Assembly: GCA_002269645.1 (NCBI GenBank)
Contig: NIVC01000194.1
Span: 134,053 to 198,052, forward strand
DNA length: 64,000 nucleotides
Reading direction: 5' to 3'
DNA from: Macrostomum lignano
Lineage: Eukaryota
Shown here: piece by piece, positions 24,160-35,300 of the stretch
Numbering within the stretch: position 1 is the stretch's first letter
Layout of the letters: each line of letters opens with the position of its first letter
The notes under the pieces: model-generated
What the model saw: the letters and a program-made list of their open reading frames with translations, nothing else
What the model was told of the DNA's origin: nothing
Databases searched by the model: none
Made by a program: the position numbers and the translations under genes

Positions 24160-24610
24160 GCCTGCCGGTCTATCTATCAGCCCGTGTCTGTCTGTCTGTG
24201 TGTCTACCTGCCTTTCTATCTGCCTGCCAGTCTATCTATCAGCCTGTGTCTGTCTGTCTGTCTGTCTACCTGCCTGTCTATCTGCCTGACAGTCTGTCTG
24301 TCAGACTGTGTCTGTCTGTCTGTGTGTCTACCTGCCTGTCTATCTGCCTGCCGGTCTGTCTGTCTGTCTGTCTGTCTACCTGCCTTTCTATCTGCCTGCC
24401 AGTCTATCTATCAGCCTGTGTCTGTCTGTCTGTGTGTCTACCTGCCTTTCTATCTGCCTGCCGGTCTATCTATCAGCCTGTGTCTGTCTGTCTGTGTGTC
24501 TACCTGCCTTTCTATCTGCCTGACAGTCTGTCTGTCAGACTGTGTCTGTCTGTCTACCTGCCTGTCTACCTGCCTGCCGGTCTGTCTGTCAGCCTGTGTC
24601 TGTCTGTCTT
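24050..24610. repeat. Compound (TCTG/TCTA/CCTG)n microsatellite with higher-order periodicity
   Basis: Explains the Cys/Leu/Ser/Val ORFs at 23943-24716. Confidence 0.95.
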
Positions 24611-25211
24611 TCCCATCAAGGCTCAGATGCCAAAGGAGATGAGGCAGATCTGGAGACTGAACTGCCCGGTCCAGCGTGCCACAGTATGCAATATTTATTC
24701 GCTAAATAGTCCATAGCATCTATGTAAATAGGAAAGTGAGGTGTACGGCCGAAGCGTTCTGATTTAGCAATACGTGTATTATAAATATGCTGTCGGATAT
24801 CGGGCTAATTTAGTTAATGAACAGCAAGCAGCAACAATCTGTTGCGGGTGGCGCCTAAGTGAGAATTTGCCGCACAGATGATGCAGAGATATTCTTTAAA
24901 CGGCTCTAGCAAGTTAGACTATGGATTAATAATTTTAATAGCAATATTTAAAGAAAAACACACAGCAGACGCGGAGGCTGGGCATCTCAAGATGTCGCGC
25001 GTGAGGAACAAAAATGTGACGAGGCAAACAGTTGACGAAGATCAGCTTAACCTAAACAGCAAAACGCAGCCCCAGCCTGATAGATTAAGACATAATCCGG
25101 TCCGGGACGGGGCTTGAGAAATCTTCACCAGCTTACTGGCAGAGCTGCCTTGCATGGCGACTCGGATTCAGCTTGGATACGGGCACAATGAGGCTTCCAC
25201 TGGAATAACAT

Positions 25212-25285
25212 GGGGTAAAATGCGGGAGTAAAAATGACTGCATTTTGATAGGCCAATGCCTCGCCATCTAATTAGCAAGAACCTG
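25212..25285 (+). other. Diverged 28S rRNA-derived fragment (R2 target-site region), copy A
   Basis: GGTAAAATGCGGGAGTAAAAATGAC...AGGCCAATGCCTCGCCATCTAATTAG versus conserved 28S GGTAAACGGCGGGAGTAACTATGAC...AGCCAAATGCCTCGTCATCTAATTAG. Not a functional rRNA gene. Confidence 0.65.
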
Positions 25286-25469
25286 AATAAACATCAGCGC
25301 TTAAGGGAGATTTTTTTGCTTTTAAACTTGACCGCACCGCCAAACCAGGGCCGTTCGATGTGGGGAGAGGCTATCTAGCTCAGTAGCCTAAGTCGTGGAT
25401 TTGATTCCGTGCGTTGCCACATTAATTCGGGGCTCGTGCACTACATCTGGCCTGGGACTTGACCCCCCC

Positions 25470-25545
25470 TCCAAGGCACACAGAGTGTACATACATGACG
25501 GCAAGAAACTCCGGGCCGCTGTACACCCTGTGTGAGCGACTGTCT
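25470..25545 (+). repeat. Short dispersed hairpin repeat (CACAGAGTGTACAT...GTACACCCTGTG)
   Basis: Homologous to the reverse complement of 27185-27273; a partial copy lies at 52030-52070. Confidence 0.7.
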
Positions 25546-26393
25546 CCGTACTCCGCAATTAGATTAGCTAAACCATCGACTTGCACTGCCCTAGCAACCG
25601 TATCCAAGGTGAAATTGCCGCGGGGCAGCAGCGGGGACACGAAAGCAACAAGATGAACATGGCGGGCATTGAAAGGCCGCGCACACACAGAGGAAAATCG
25701 GGCGCAGAAAAAATAGCAGCTTGTCAATCCATCGATCACAAAGTGGCCGCCCAGCAGAGTAAAACTGCAGGCACAAACTGAGGCGAAGTGAAAGTCTGGG
25801 TGGAGGCGGTGAATTAGAAAAAAAAATACGCGGAGAAAAATATGGCAATCAGAACACCAGCATCAACCAGATAAAAATATGAATCCAAACAGTTTACTAT
25901 TGTTGTGAAATCTAACAGCCGCGCCAAAGGCGCTGTGCGGGCGCAGAATAAAAAGGTGCAGAACAAATTCAATAATGAAGAGCAAAAATAGCGGGAGGCT
26001 TCAGCAAAAAAACACATGGGTTAAAGCGGCAATAAAAATAGCAAATATGATTATAGAATTAATTAGCTAATTAATCGCAGAGAGTAGTTAATCCTATTTT
26101 GCCAAGCACAAGAAGGCAGCAAAGCAACTGAAAGAGGGGAATAGAGAAACAGGGACGCGCTGGGGCGGCGGCGAGCGTGCCGGCCGCATTAAAATATTGT
26201 CTAGGTTGAAAGAGAGTTGGACGCGGGCAGGCGAGAGACGGAGCCGCTTGACCTCAGGCTGGGGGGTGACGGGGTGAGGAGGCCTCAGTGAAAGCCCTTG
26301 GTGGGGAGCCAAAGGTTCGGTTGCGCCAACAAAATAGAAAAAAAGATGGCTCGCAGACAGTTGCTATGCGGATGTTGCGGTTGCTAAGGCGGC

Positions 26394-29300
26394 TCACTGG
26401 TACCGGTGCTGCTGGCGCCGCTGGTCAGCCTGGCTGATCTTCTGCTGGATGAGGCGCTCCGCCTTCAGCACGTTCGGCTGCGGGCGGGCGAATTTCAGGT
26501 GGCGAGATTTGGAGGCGAGCGAATCCTGAGCCCATGAGCACATGCAGTTCTGCCCAGCCTGAGCACATGAGCACATGCAGTTCTGCCCATCCTGAGCACA
26601 TGCAGTTCTGCCCAGCCTGAGCCCATGAGCACATGCAGTTCTGCCCAGCCTGAGCACATGCAGTTCTGCCCACCCTGAGCACATGCAGTTCTGCCCATCC
26701 TGAGCACATGCAGTTCTGCCCATCCTGAGCACATGAGCACATGCAGCTCTGCCCAGCCTGAGCACATGCAGTTCTGCCCAGCCTGAGCACATGCAGTTCT
26801 GCCCAGCCTGAGCACATGCAGTTCTGCCCACCCTGAGCACATGCAGTTCTGCCCACCCTGAGCACATGCAGTTCTGCCCAGCCTGAGCACATGCAGTTCT
26901 GCCCACCCTGAGCACATGCAGTTCTGCCCACCCTGAGCACATGCAGTTCTGCCCAGCCTGAGCCCATGAGCACATGCAGTTCTGCCCAGCCTGAGCCCAT
27001 GAGCACATGCAGTTCTGCCCAGCCTGAGCCCATGAGCACATGCAGTTCTGCCCAGCCTGAGCCCATGAGCACATGCAGTTCTGCCCAGCCTGAGCCCATG
27101 AGCACATGCAGTTCTGCCCACCCTGAGCACATGCAGTTCTGCCCAGCGTGAGCACACACAAGCGCGCCAATACTGTACACAGGCCCGCACTCATCACACG
27201 CTCACACAGAGTGTACATCGGCCCTGGCTTTTTAATCGTCAGGCATGTGCACTCTCTGTGCCTTAGAGGTTGGTCCTTCCTTGAGATTATCGAAATCGGT
27301 TGCAGCAAACAAAAGTGCTGGGCCGGGCATTCATCCTACCTGCATGCCGGTGATGGTCACCAGGCGGCTGTGCGACAGAGGCGTCGGGCCCGAGACCCGG
27401 CGGGAGACCTGGATGCAGGTCTGCGTGCTGGTCTGCAGCTGGCTGATGTCGCGGCCCCCCGGCCCGATCAGGGCGCCGATCAGCGGCTCCGGCACGTCCA
27501 GCTCCCGCTTCACCATCGGGCCGCTCATCGCCGCTGCGGCCGCTTTGTCCGTTCCGTCGGCCATGAAGGCGTCGGCGAACAGCGGCGGCGGGGCGGTGCC
27601 GGAGGCGAACATGGCAAAGTCGGCGCCGCTCGTGTCCGGCGGAGGCGGCGGCGGCGGACCGGCGGCTGCGGCGGCTGCCAGAGCGGCGGCCAGCGAGCCA
27701 TGGCTGAGGCTGAATGACGAGTGCGGCGAAGGCGACAGCAGGGCGACGGGGCCGGGTGGTTGCGGCTGCGGCTGAGCCTGCGGCCCGGCGGCCACGAGGG
27801 TCTGCAGGCTGAAGAAGCCGTAGTTCGCCAGGATCAGCATGGCGCCAACGATCTCGTCCACTGCCGGCTCCGTGTAGCCGCTCTGCCGCAGCGAGGTGCG
27901 CAGAGTTTCAAACGACACCGGACAGGCGGCTGCAGCGGCGGCGGCCGCCCCGGCCGGACTCTGCGGCTCCCGGAGGCCGCCGCCAGCAGCCCCAGCAGCT
28001 CCGCCGGCGCCAAGGCCGGTCCCGGAGGCGCCAGAGGACAAGGCGTAGGGGCTGCCAGTCGGGTAGGCGCTGGCCACGGGGCCGCTCATGCTGGAGTAGC
28101 TGATGTTGGGGCAGCTGGCCGACTGCGGGTCGCTGGCGATCTTCTCCAGGATGAGGCTCATGGCAGCCCGGGCCTGCTGGGTCTCGCCGGCCACGGTGAC
28201 GCAGCGCTCGGCGAGGGCCTGCTCCTTGGGCTTCTGCGAGATCTGCACGTACGCGCCGGTGCCGTCCATGATCTCCTTGATGTAGGCGCCCTGCTTGCCG
28301 ATGATCATGCCGGCCGTGCTGTTCGGCACCAGGATTTTCATCTGAGCGAGTTGGAAGCAAAAAAGGCAAGCGTCATCACCTCTCTGCCGCACAGATTGGC
28401 GAACCGTGCCAAATAGCAGACGGTTTCTAACAATTGTGTAAAAATAAACCTGCAGGCTGCAGCTGCCAGCAGACTGGCTGCCCACTCTTTTATGCATCCT
28501 GTCTGAAAGCAGCAAATTTCAAAGCAGAAATTCTAATCTGCCAAAGCCAACAACCGCCCGGAATCCGGGATGACAGGCGCCAAGGTCTCACTATCAATTC
28601 CGAGTTTATTAATGCGCAAATAAGCGGAGGCTGGCCAGAGCTGCTCTAACAAGGAAGCAACCTGATAACCATGCTTTTCAAATGTGAACTGCGGTCTGAG
28701 CTCTTTGTGGTACCATGGTACATCCTGACTTTGATTGTGACATCCTGACTTTGATTGTGACATCCTGACTTTGATTGTGACATCCTGACTTTGATTTTGG
28801 CATCCTGACGTTGATTGTGACATCCTGACTTTGATTTTGGCATCCTGACGTTGATTGTGACATCCTGACTTTGATTGTGACATCCTGACTTTGATTGTGA
28901 CATCCTGACTTTGATTGTGACATCCTGACTTTGATTGTGACATCCTGACTTTGATTGTGGCATCCTGACTTTCTGATTGGGGCATCCTGACTTTGATTGT
29001 GACATCCTGACTTTGATTGTGACATCCTGACTTTGATTGTGGCATCCTGACTTTCTGATTGGGGCATCCTGACTTTGATTGTGACATCCTGACTTTGTGA
29101 CATCCTGACTTTGATTGTGGCATCCTGACTTTGATTGTGACATCCTGGCTTTCTGATTAGGGCATCCTGACTTTGATTGTGACATCCTGACTTTGATTGT
29201 GGCATCCTGACTTTCTGATTAGGGCATCCTGACTTTGATTGTGACATCCTGACTTTGATTGTGGCATCCTGACTTTCTGATTGGGGCATCCTGACTTTGA

Positions 29301-32300
29301 TTGTGACATCCTGACTTTGATTGTGACATCCTGACTTTGATTGTGACATCCTAACTTTGATTGTGACATCCTGACTTTGATTGTGGCATCCTGACTTTCT
29401 GATTGGGGCATCCTGACTTTGATTGTGACATCCTGACTTTGATTGTGGCATCCTGACTTTGATTGTGACATCCTGGCTTTCTGATTAGGGCATCCTGACT
29501 TTGATTGTGACATCCTGACTTTGATTGTGGCATCCTGACTTTCTGATTAGGGCATCCTGACTTTGATTGTGACATCCTGACTTTGATTGTGGCATCCTGA
29601 CTTTCTGATTGGGGCATCCTGACTTTGATTGTGACATCCTGACTTTGATTGTGACATCCTGACTTTGATTGTGACATCCTAACTTTGATTGTGACATCCT
29701 GACTTTGATTGTGGCATCCTGACTTTCTGATTGGGGCATCCTGACTTTGATTGTGACATCCTGACTTTGATTGTGACATCCTGACTTTGATTGTGGCATC
29801 CTGACTTTGATTGTGACATCCTGGCTTTCTGATTGGGGCATCCTGACTTTGATTGTGACATCTTGACTTTGATTGTGGCATCCTGACTTTCTGATTGGGG
29901 CATCCTGACTTTGATTGTGACATTCTGACTTTGATTGTGGCATCCTGACTTTCTGATTGGGGCATCCTGACTTTGATTGTGACATCCTGACTTTGATTGT
30001 GGCATCCTGACTTTCTGATTGGGGCATCCTGACTTTGATTGTGACATCCTGAATTTGATTGTGACATCCTGACTTTGATTGTGACATCCTGACTTTGATT
30101 GTGACATCCTGACTTTGATTGTGACATCCTGGCTTTCTGATTGGGGCATCCTGACTTTGATTGTGACATCCTGACTTTGATTGTGACATCCTGACTTTGA
30201 TTGTGGCATCCTGACTTTGATTGTGACATCCTGGCTTTCTGATTGGGGCATCCTGACTTTGATTGTGACATCCTGACTTTGATTGTGGCATCCTGACTTT
30301 CTGATTAGGGCATCCTGACTTTGATTGTGACATCCTGACTTTGATTGTGGCATCCTGACTTTCTGATTAGGGCATCCTGACTTTGATTGTGACATCCTGA
30401 CTTTGATTGTGACATCCTAACTTTGATTGTGACATCTTGACTTTGATTGTGGCATCCTGACTTTCTGATTGGGGCATCCTGACTTTGATTGTGACATCCT
30501 GACTTTGATTGTGACATCCTGACTTTCTGATTGGGGCATCCTGACTTTGATTTTGACATCCTGACTTTGATTGTGACATCCTGACTTTGATTGTGGCATC
30601 CTGACTTTCTGATTGGGGCATCCTGACTTTGATTGTGACATCCTGACTTTGATTGTGACATCCTGACTTTGATTGTGGCATCCTGACTTTCTGATTGCGG
30701 CATCCTGACTTTGATTGGGGCATCCTGACTTTCTGATTGTGGCATCCTGACTTTCTGATTGGGGCATCCTGACTTTCTGATTGGGGCATCCTGACTTTGA
30801 TTGTGACATCCTGACTTTGATTGTGACATCCTGACTTTCTGATTGGGGCATCCTGACTTTGATTTTGACATCCTGACTTTGATTGTGACATCCTGACTTT
30901 GATTGTGGCATCCTGACTTTCTGATTGGGGCATCCTGACTTTGATTGTGACATCCTGACTTTGATTGTGACATCCTGACTTTGATTGTGGCATCCTGACT
31001 TTCTGATTGTGGCATCCTGGCTTTGATTGGGGCATCCTGACTTTCTGATTGTGGCATCCTGACTTTCTGATTGGGGCATCCTGACTTTCTGATTGGGGCA
31101 TCCTGACTTTGATTGTGACATCCTGACTTTGATTGTGGCATCCTGACTTTCTGATTGGGGCATCCTGACTTTGATTGTGGCATCCTGACTTTCTGATTGT
31201 GGCATCCTGACTTTCTGATTGGGGCATCCTGACTTTGATTGTGGCATCCCGACTTTCTGAAATTCTGAAGGAAAACTGTGTCCACTGCACATGTCAGTAA
31301 TATTATTTCTAAAAATTATTATTTGTGATTCCAATTGCCCAGAATGCCTACTGCTCATTCAGAAAAATAACCCAAACTGCACTACTGTAATTCATGCAGT
31401 TTCTGCTACTAGAAGAAGCTGATTACGCAGCTGACAAAACTTGGCCCGAGTTAGCAGGCTTGATAGCCAGGCAATTAGTCCACAGCAAAAGCAAGCATAG
31501 AATAATAGAAGATTCTAGGCCTGAGTCCGAGGCCCCCGGCAGTGCAACACTGGCTAAAATGGACAAGAGCGAATGAACGAGGAAGAGTTGAGCAGGGGTG
31601 GGGCGGGCAGCCGGTCTGTCACTGGAAGGAGCGAGAGGGGCAGGGGTGGGGCGGGCAAGAGACCTCGCAGCCGCGGCCACCTGAGCTTGAGCGAATCCGA
31701 CTCCCTGTGTCACCCAGCCCGTATTCGAAGGGAGCTCAAAGGACTCAGAGTAAAGGTCGCAAGCAATTGAGTAGGAAGCCTCAGACTGCTTCTCGCCCCC
31801 GCCTACAGGCCGCCCCCCCCCCCCCGGCGCTGATAAGAGCCCCGAATATGGCGAAAAGTGCAGCGGCCAATGCAACTGCGCGGCCAGAGCTGGCAGGGCG
31901 AGAAGGCGAGACTCAATAAATAGATTAAGACTGCACTCGGCCTGAGGCGTGGGAGGCTAGGCTGGCGAGTCTGAATTCTGAGCAGCGCCATGCAGGGAGA
32001 GCATGAAGTGAGCGCTAAGGACTCAAGAAGAAAACAATTAGTCGGAGTTCAGCCATTGTCACCTGTTTGTGCCGCTCAACATTCAGCTTGCCGTCTCCGG
32101 CCAGCTTGGGATTCGGGTCCGGCTTTTCCAGCGTCTTCTCCATCACGTAGAAGCAGACGGCCTTCACCGAGTCCAGGCTGCCCTGGATGAGGCAGACCCG
32201 CTCCGTAGTGCCTGTGGGAAGGAATGAGAGCCACTTGGAAACACAGAACAACCCAGTGAAGCATTCAGGGAGGACAGCAATCACAGTGAATGATAGGGAG

Positions 32301-35300
32301 GCAGCAGTCACAGTGAATGATAGGGAGGCAGCAGTCACAGTGAATGATAGGGAGGCAGCAGTCACAGTGAATGATAGGGAGGCAGCAGTCACAGTGAATG
32401 ATAGGGAGGCAGCAGTCACAGTGAATGATAGGGAGGCAGCAGTCACAGTGAATGATAGGGAGGCAGCAGTCACAGTGAATGATAGGGAGGCAGCAGTCAC
32501 AGTGAATGATAGGGAGGCAGCAGTCACAGTGAATGATAGGGAGGCAGCAGTCACAGTGAATGATAGGGAGGCAGCAGTCACAGTGAATGATAGGGAGGCA
32601 GCAGTCACAGTGAAAAGCAATCCTCTTTAGCATCTGCAGCCCCAAGCTTGCCTGGATAAAAGTCGTTGGACTTGGACATCTTCACTTTGGCACCAGTCTC
32701 TGTCTGAACGGCGGTGATGGCCTCGCCACCCTTGCCAATGATAGCACCAGCGGCGATTGATGGCACGAGAACTTTGAGCTGCACATTGTCCGCTAGGTAA
32801 TAGGAGTTAAAGTGATAATGTGCTGGTGATAGTGATAATATTTTTTCATTCTCTTATTTAAATTTTAACCAAAATCTAACTTTAAACCAAAACCACTTTT
32901 GCATGAAGTATTAAATGAATTCATTGAAGATTCTAGCATCTAGTTGCAATTTAGGTTTTATGTAGTTTTTATAGGTTAAGGCCATAAAAACAGAACACAT
33001 AAATAGCATACAGACAATGCACCTGTGGCATATAGATATATTATCTTACTTTCCTGAAAATGGGTCATATACCATAGTTCAGATCATAGTAGGGATATGC
33101 CAGAATGATAATTCTAGTTTTTTAAAGTAAAAATAAAAAATCTACCAACAATAAACTTGTCTAAATTCCAACTATTTTAAAAATGTATTCTTTTAAAAGA
33201 AGAGTTTTATAAAACTATAATGTCCATTTGTTTCTGCTAATATTTATTTTCAAAAAAGGTATTTTATTGTTACAATGCAAAAAAGGTCCTTTATTGTCAT
33301 AACACCTTTCTGATAATGTCTGGAATATACACTCAGCAACATGTTAAAGTTTCCACCCCAAAGCCAGTGGTAAACTGATGAATTATTCATTAGTTAAATG
33401 ATGGAGGAATTAATGAACTAATTAATTCTTAATCTTATCATTGACAATATACTAATATTCATTTATTTTTTATATCCACTTGATTGCAAAATCAGTCCAT
33501 TTGAGCTTGTGGACAAGGTGTGAATTGCATCACTTGGAGCTGAGATCTGAGGAAAGTTAACCACTGGTTTTGGGGCGGAAACTTTAACATGTTGCTGAGT
33601 GTATATCACAAGTAAATTTGTTTTTCTAGTGTAACCTTGAATTTATAGTGTAGGGGATCACTTTTTTCAGCATACCATAGAATAGATTTAAGAGTATAGG
33701 ATCTTTTGACCTGTAGCCCACTATTCTAATATAATAAACAATTGTGATACTGGTTTTGGCTTTCCCATTATAAATCCCTACTGCTGATACCAAACTGTGA
33801 TGGGCCTAATTCTCCTGTCTTTAATATCCTTTAGCTGCCACCAAAGTTGTTACAGTGGGTTTGTGGGTCTTAATAAATATTTCCTAATTATTAATAGGTC
33901 TGACTATTTCTTAGAAAGGTATCTGGTACATTTCTAGAAATTATTTGCTAATTTGCTAAAAATTAAGTAAACAATTTTTTTGAGTACAAAGTTTAAAATT
34001 ATTTCTTTATTACTCCTTGTATTCCATGTTGATAGTATTATATATATCACGTATTTTATGAAAAGTCACTTTATTTAATCCTAGCATGCACACAAGTATG
34101 TCATAGATATAAGCCAAAAATTTTCCACTGTGTCATGTATGCTGGGATATATGCTGATGTACACTGAAAAATGGCAAGTAGGCCTACCCTTGTTGTACGC
34201 CGGGAAATCCCTACGTATATGTCACCTTTCCAAACTAAAATATATAAGTTGAACTGCTATTAGGTTGCTTGCAAAATAGATGGTTGAGCAGTAAGCAGGC
34301 AGTTGGTTTATTTAATAGCAAACTTACTCTTATTTATACCCAAATTTCCCTAATATAAGAATTACAAAAAATATTCCCCAATTTATTTTATGCATTAGAA
34401 CAAACATTGCTCTTAAAATCAAACTTCAAAATAGGACCACTTCTAAGCATATTTTTATTGTAGCTTATATTCACTTTTGTCATGATCATTCAACTGGTAA
34501 AATTATATGTAGATAATCACAAAACAAAACCAAAAGGGCTTGTAGGTTTTGAATTATGATCACACCAATAGTAAAATTGTATTAGAGGGATTTTATCACA
34601 AAATTGAATGGATTAGTATGGTTCAAAATTCATAGTTGGATCATGTTCATTCTACAAACATGAAGTCTAGTCCACATCAAACAGTATACCTCCATCAACA
34701 ATTGATGCATAGTTGAGAACAAAATTATTCATTATGGTAGTAGGTAATTGCTTTTGCACCCCCTCACTTTTGTTTTACAATACCCACTCAATATAAAACA
34801 TGTCTATTTCACTAGGGGGATTGTAAGATGAAAGTGAGGGGGGCCAGAAGCAGGTGCATTAGTTATAAACATATATGCCCAACACCCATCCGACCTGTCC
34901 CAACCAGATGGGTGAAATGGCTGCCAGCCAAGGTAAGTCGCTAAATTGAAAATGCAAAAAATGAAAATTGGGGCAAGAAAGAAAGGAGAAGAAGAGAAAA
35001 GGAAATGAAAAGAGAGAGAAGAGAAAGAGGGGAAAGAGAAGAGAGAAAGAGAAAGAAAAAAAAGAGAAAAGGCAAGAAAAGTCATACAAAGTGAAAATTA
35101 AGTCACAATATTGGGGGAACTAAATTGTTATCAAGAGGAACTAAGTTGCAATTGAGAGGAACTAAGTCGCAATTGGAAGGAACTAAGTCACAAATCTAGA
35201 CAAAACAAAGTCACACTCACAGATACTAGAATAACTAGATAGGCCATTGAGCACATTTGCATGTAAGTTACTTTCAGTTCAGTAGTAGGTTAAACTGAAG

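Noticed and set aside
23943-24716. Cys-rich 257-aa ORF resembling a metallothionein or keratin-associated protein
   Set aside because: Translation of a TCTG-type microsatellite.
26394-27308. 304-aa minus-strand ORF
   Set aside because: Only the last 27 codons are the real Nova exon; the rest is intron 4 minisatellite.
28533-31358. Several 200-330-aa ORFs ([14 protein letters not shown]...)
   Set aside because: Open in all three minus frames because the repeat lacks stops; lies inside Nova intron 3.
31560-31995. GC-rich segment with GC boxes and CCAAT in Nova intron 3 (possible alternative promoter or exon)
   Set aside because: No convincing splice pair or coding signal could be assigned.
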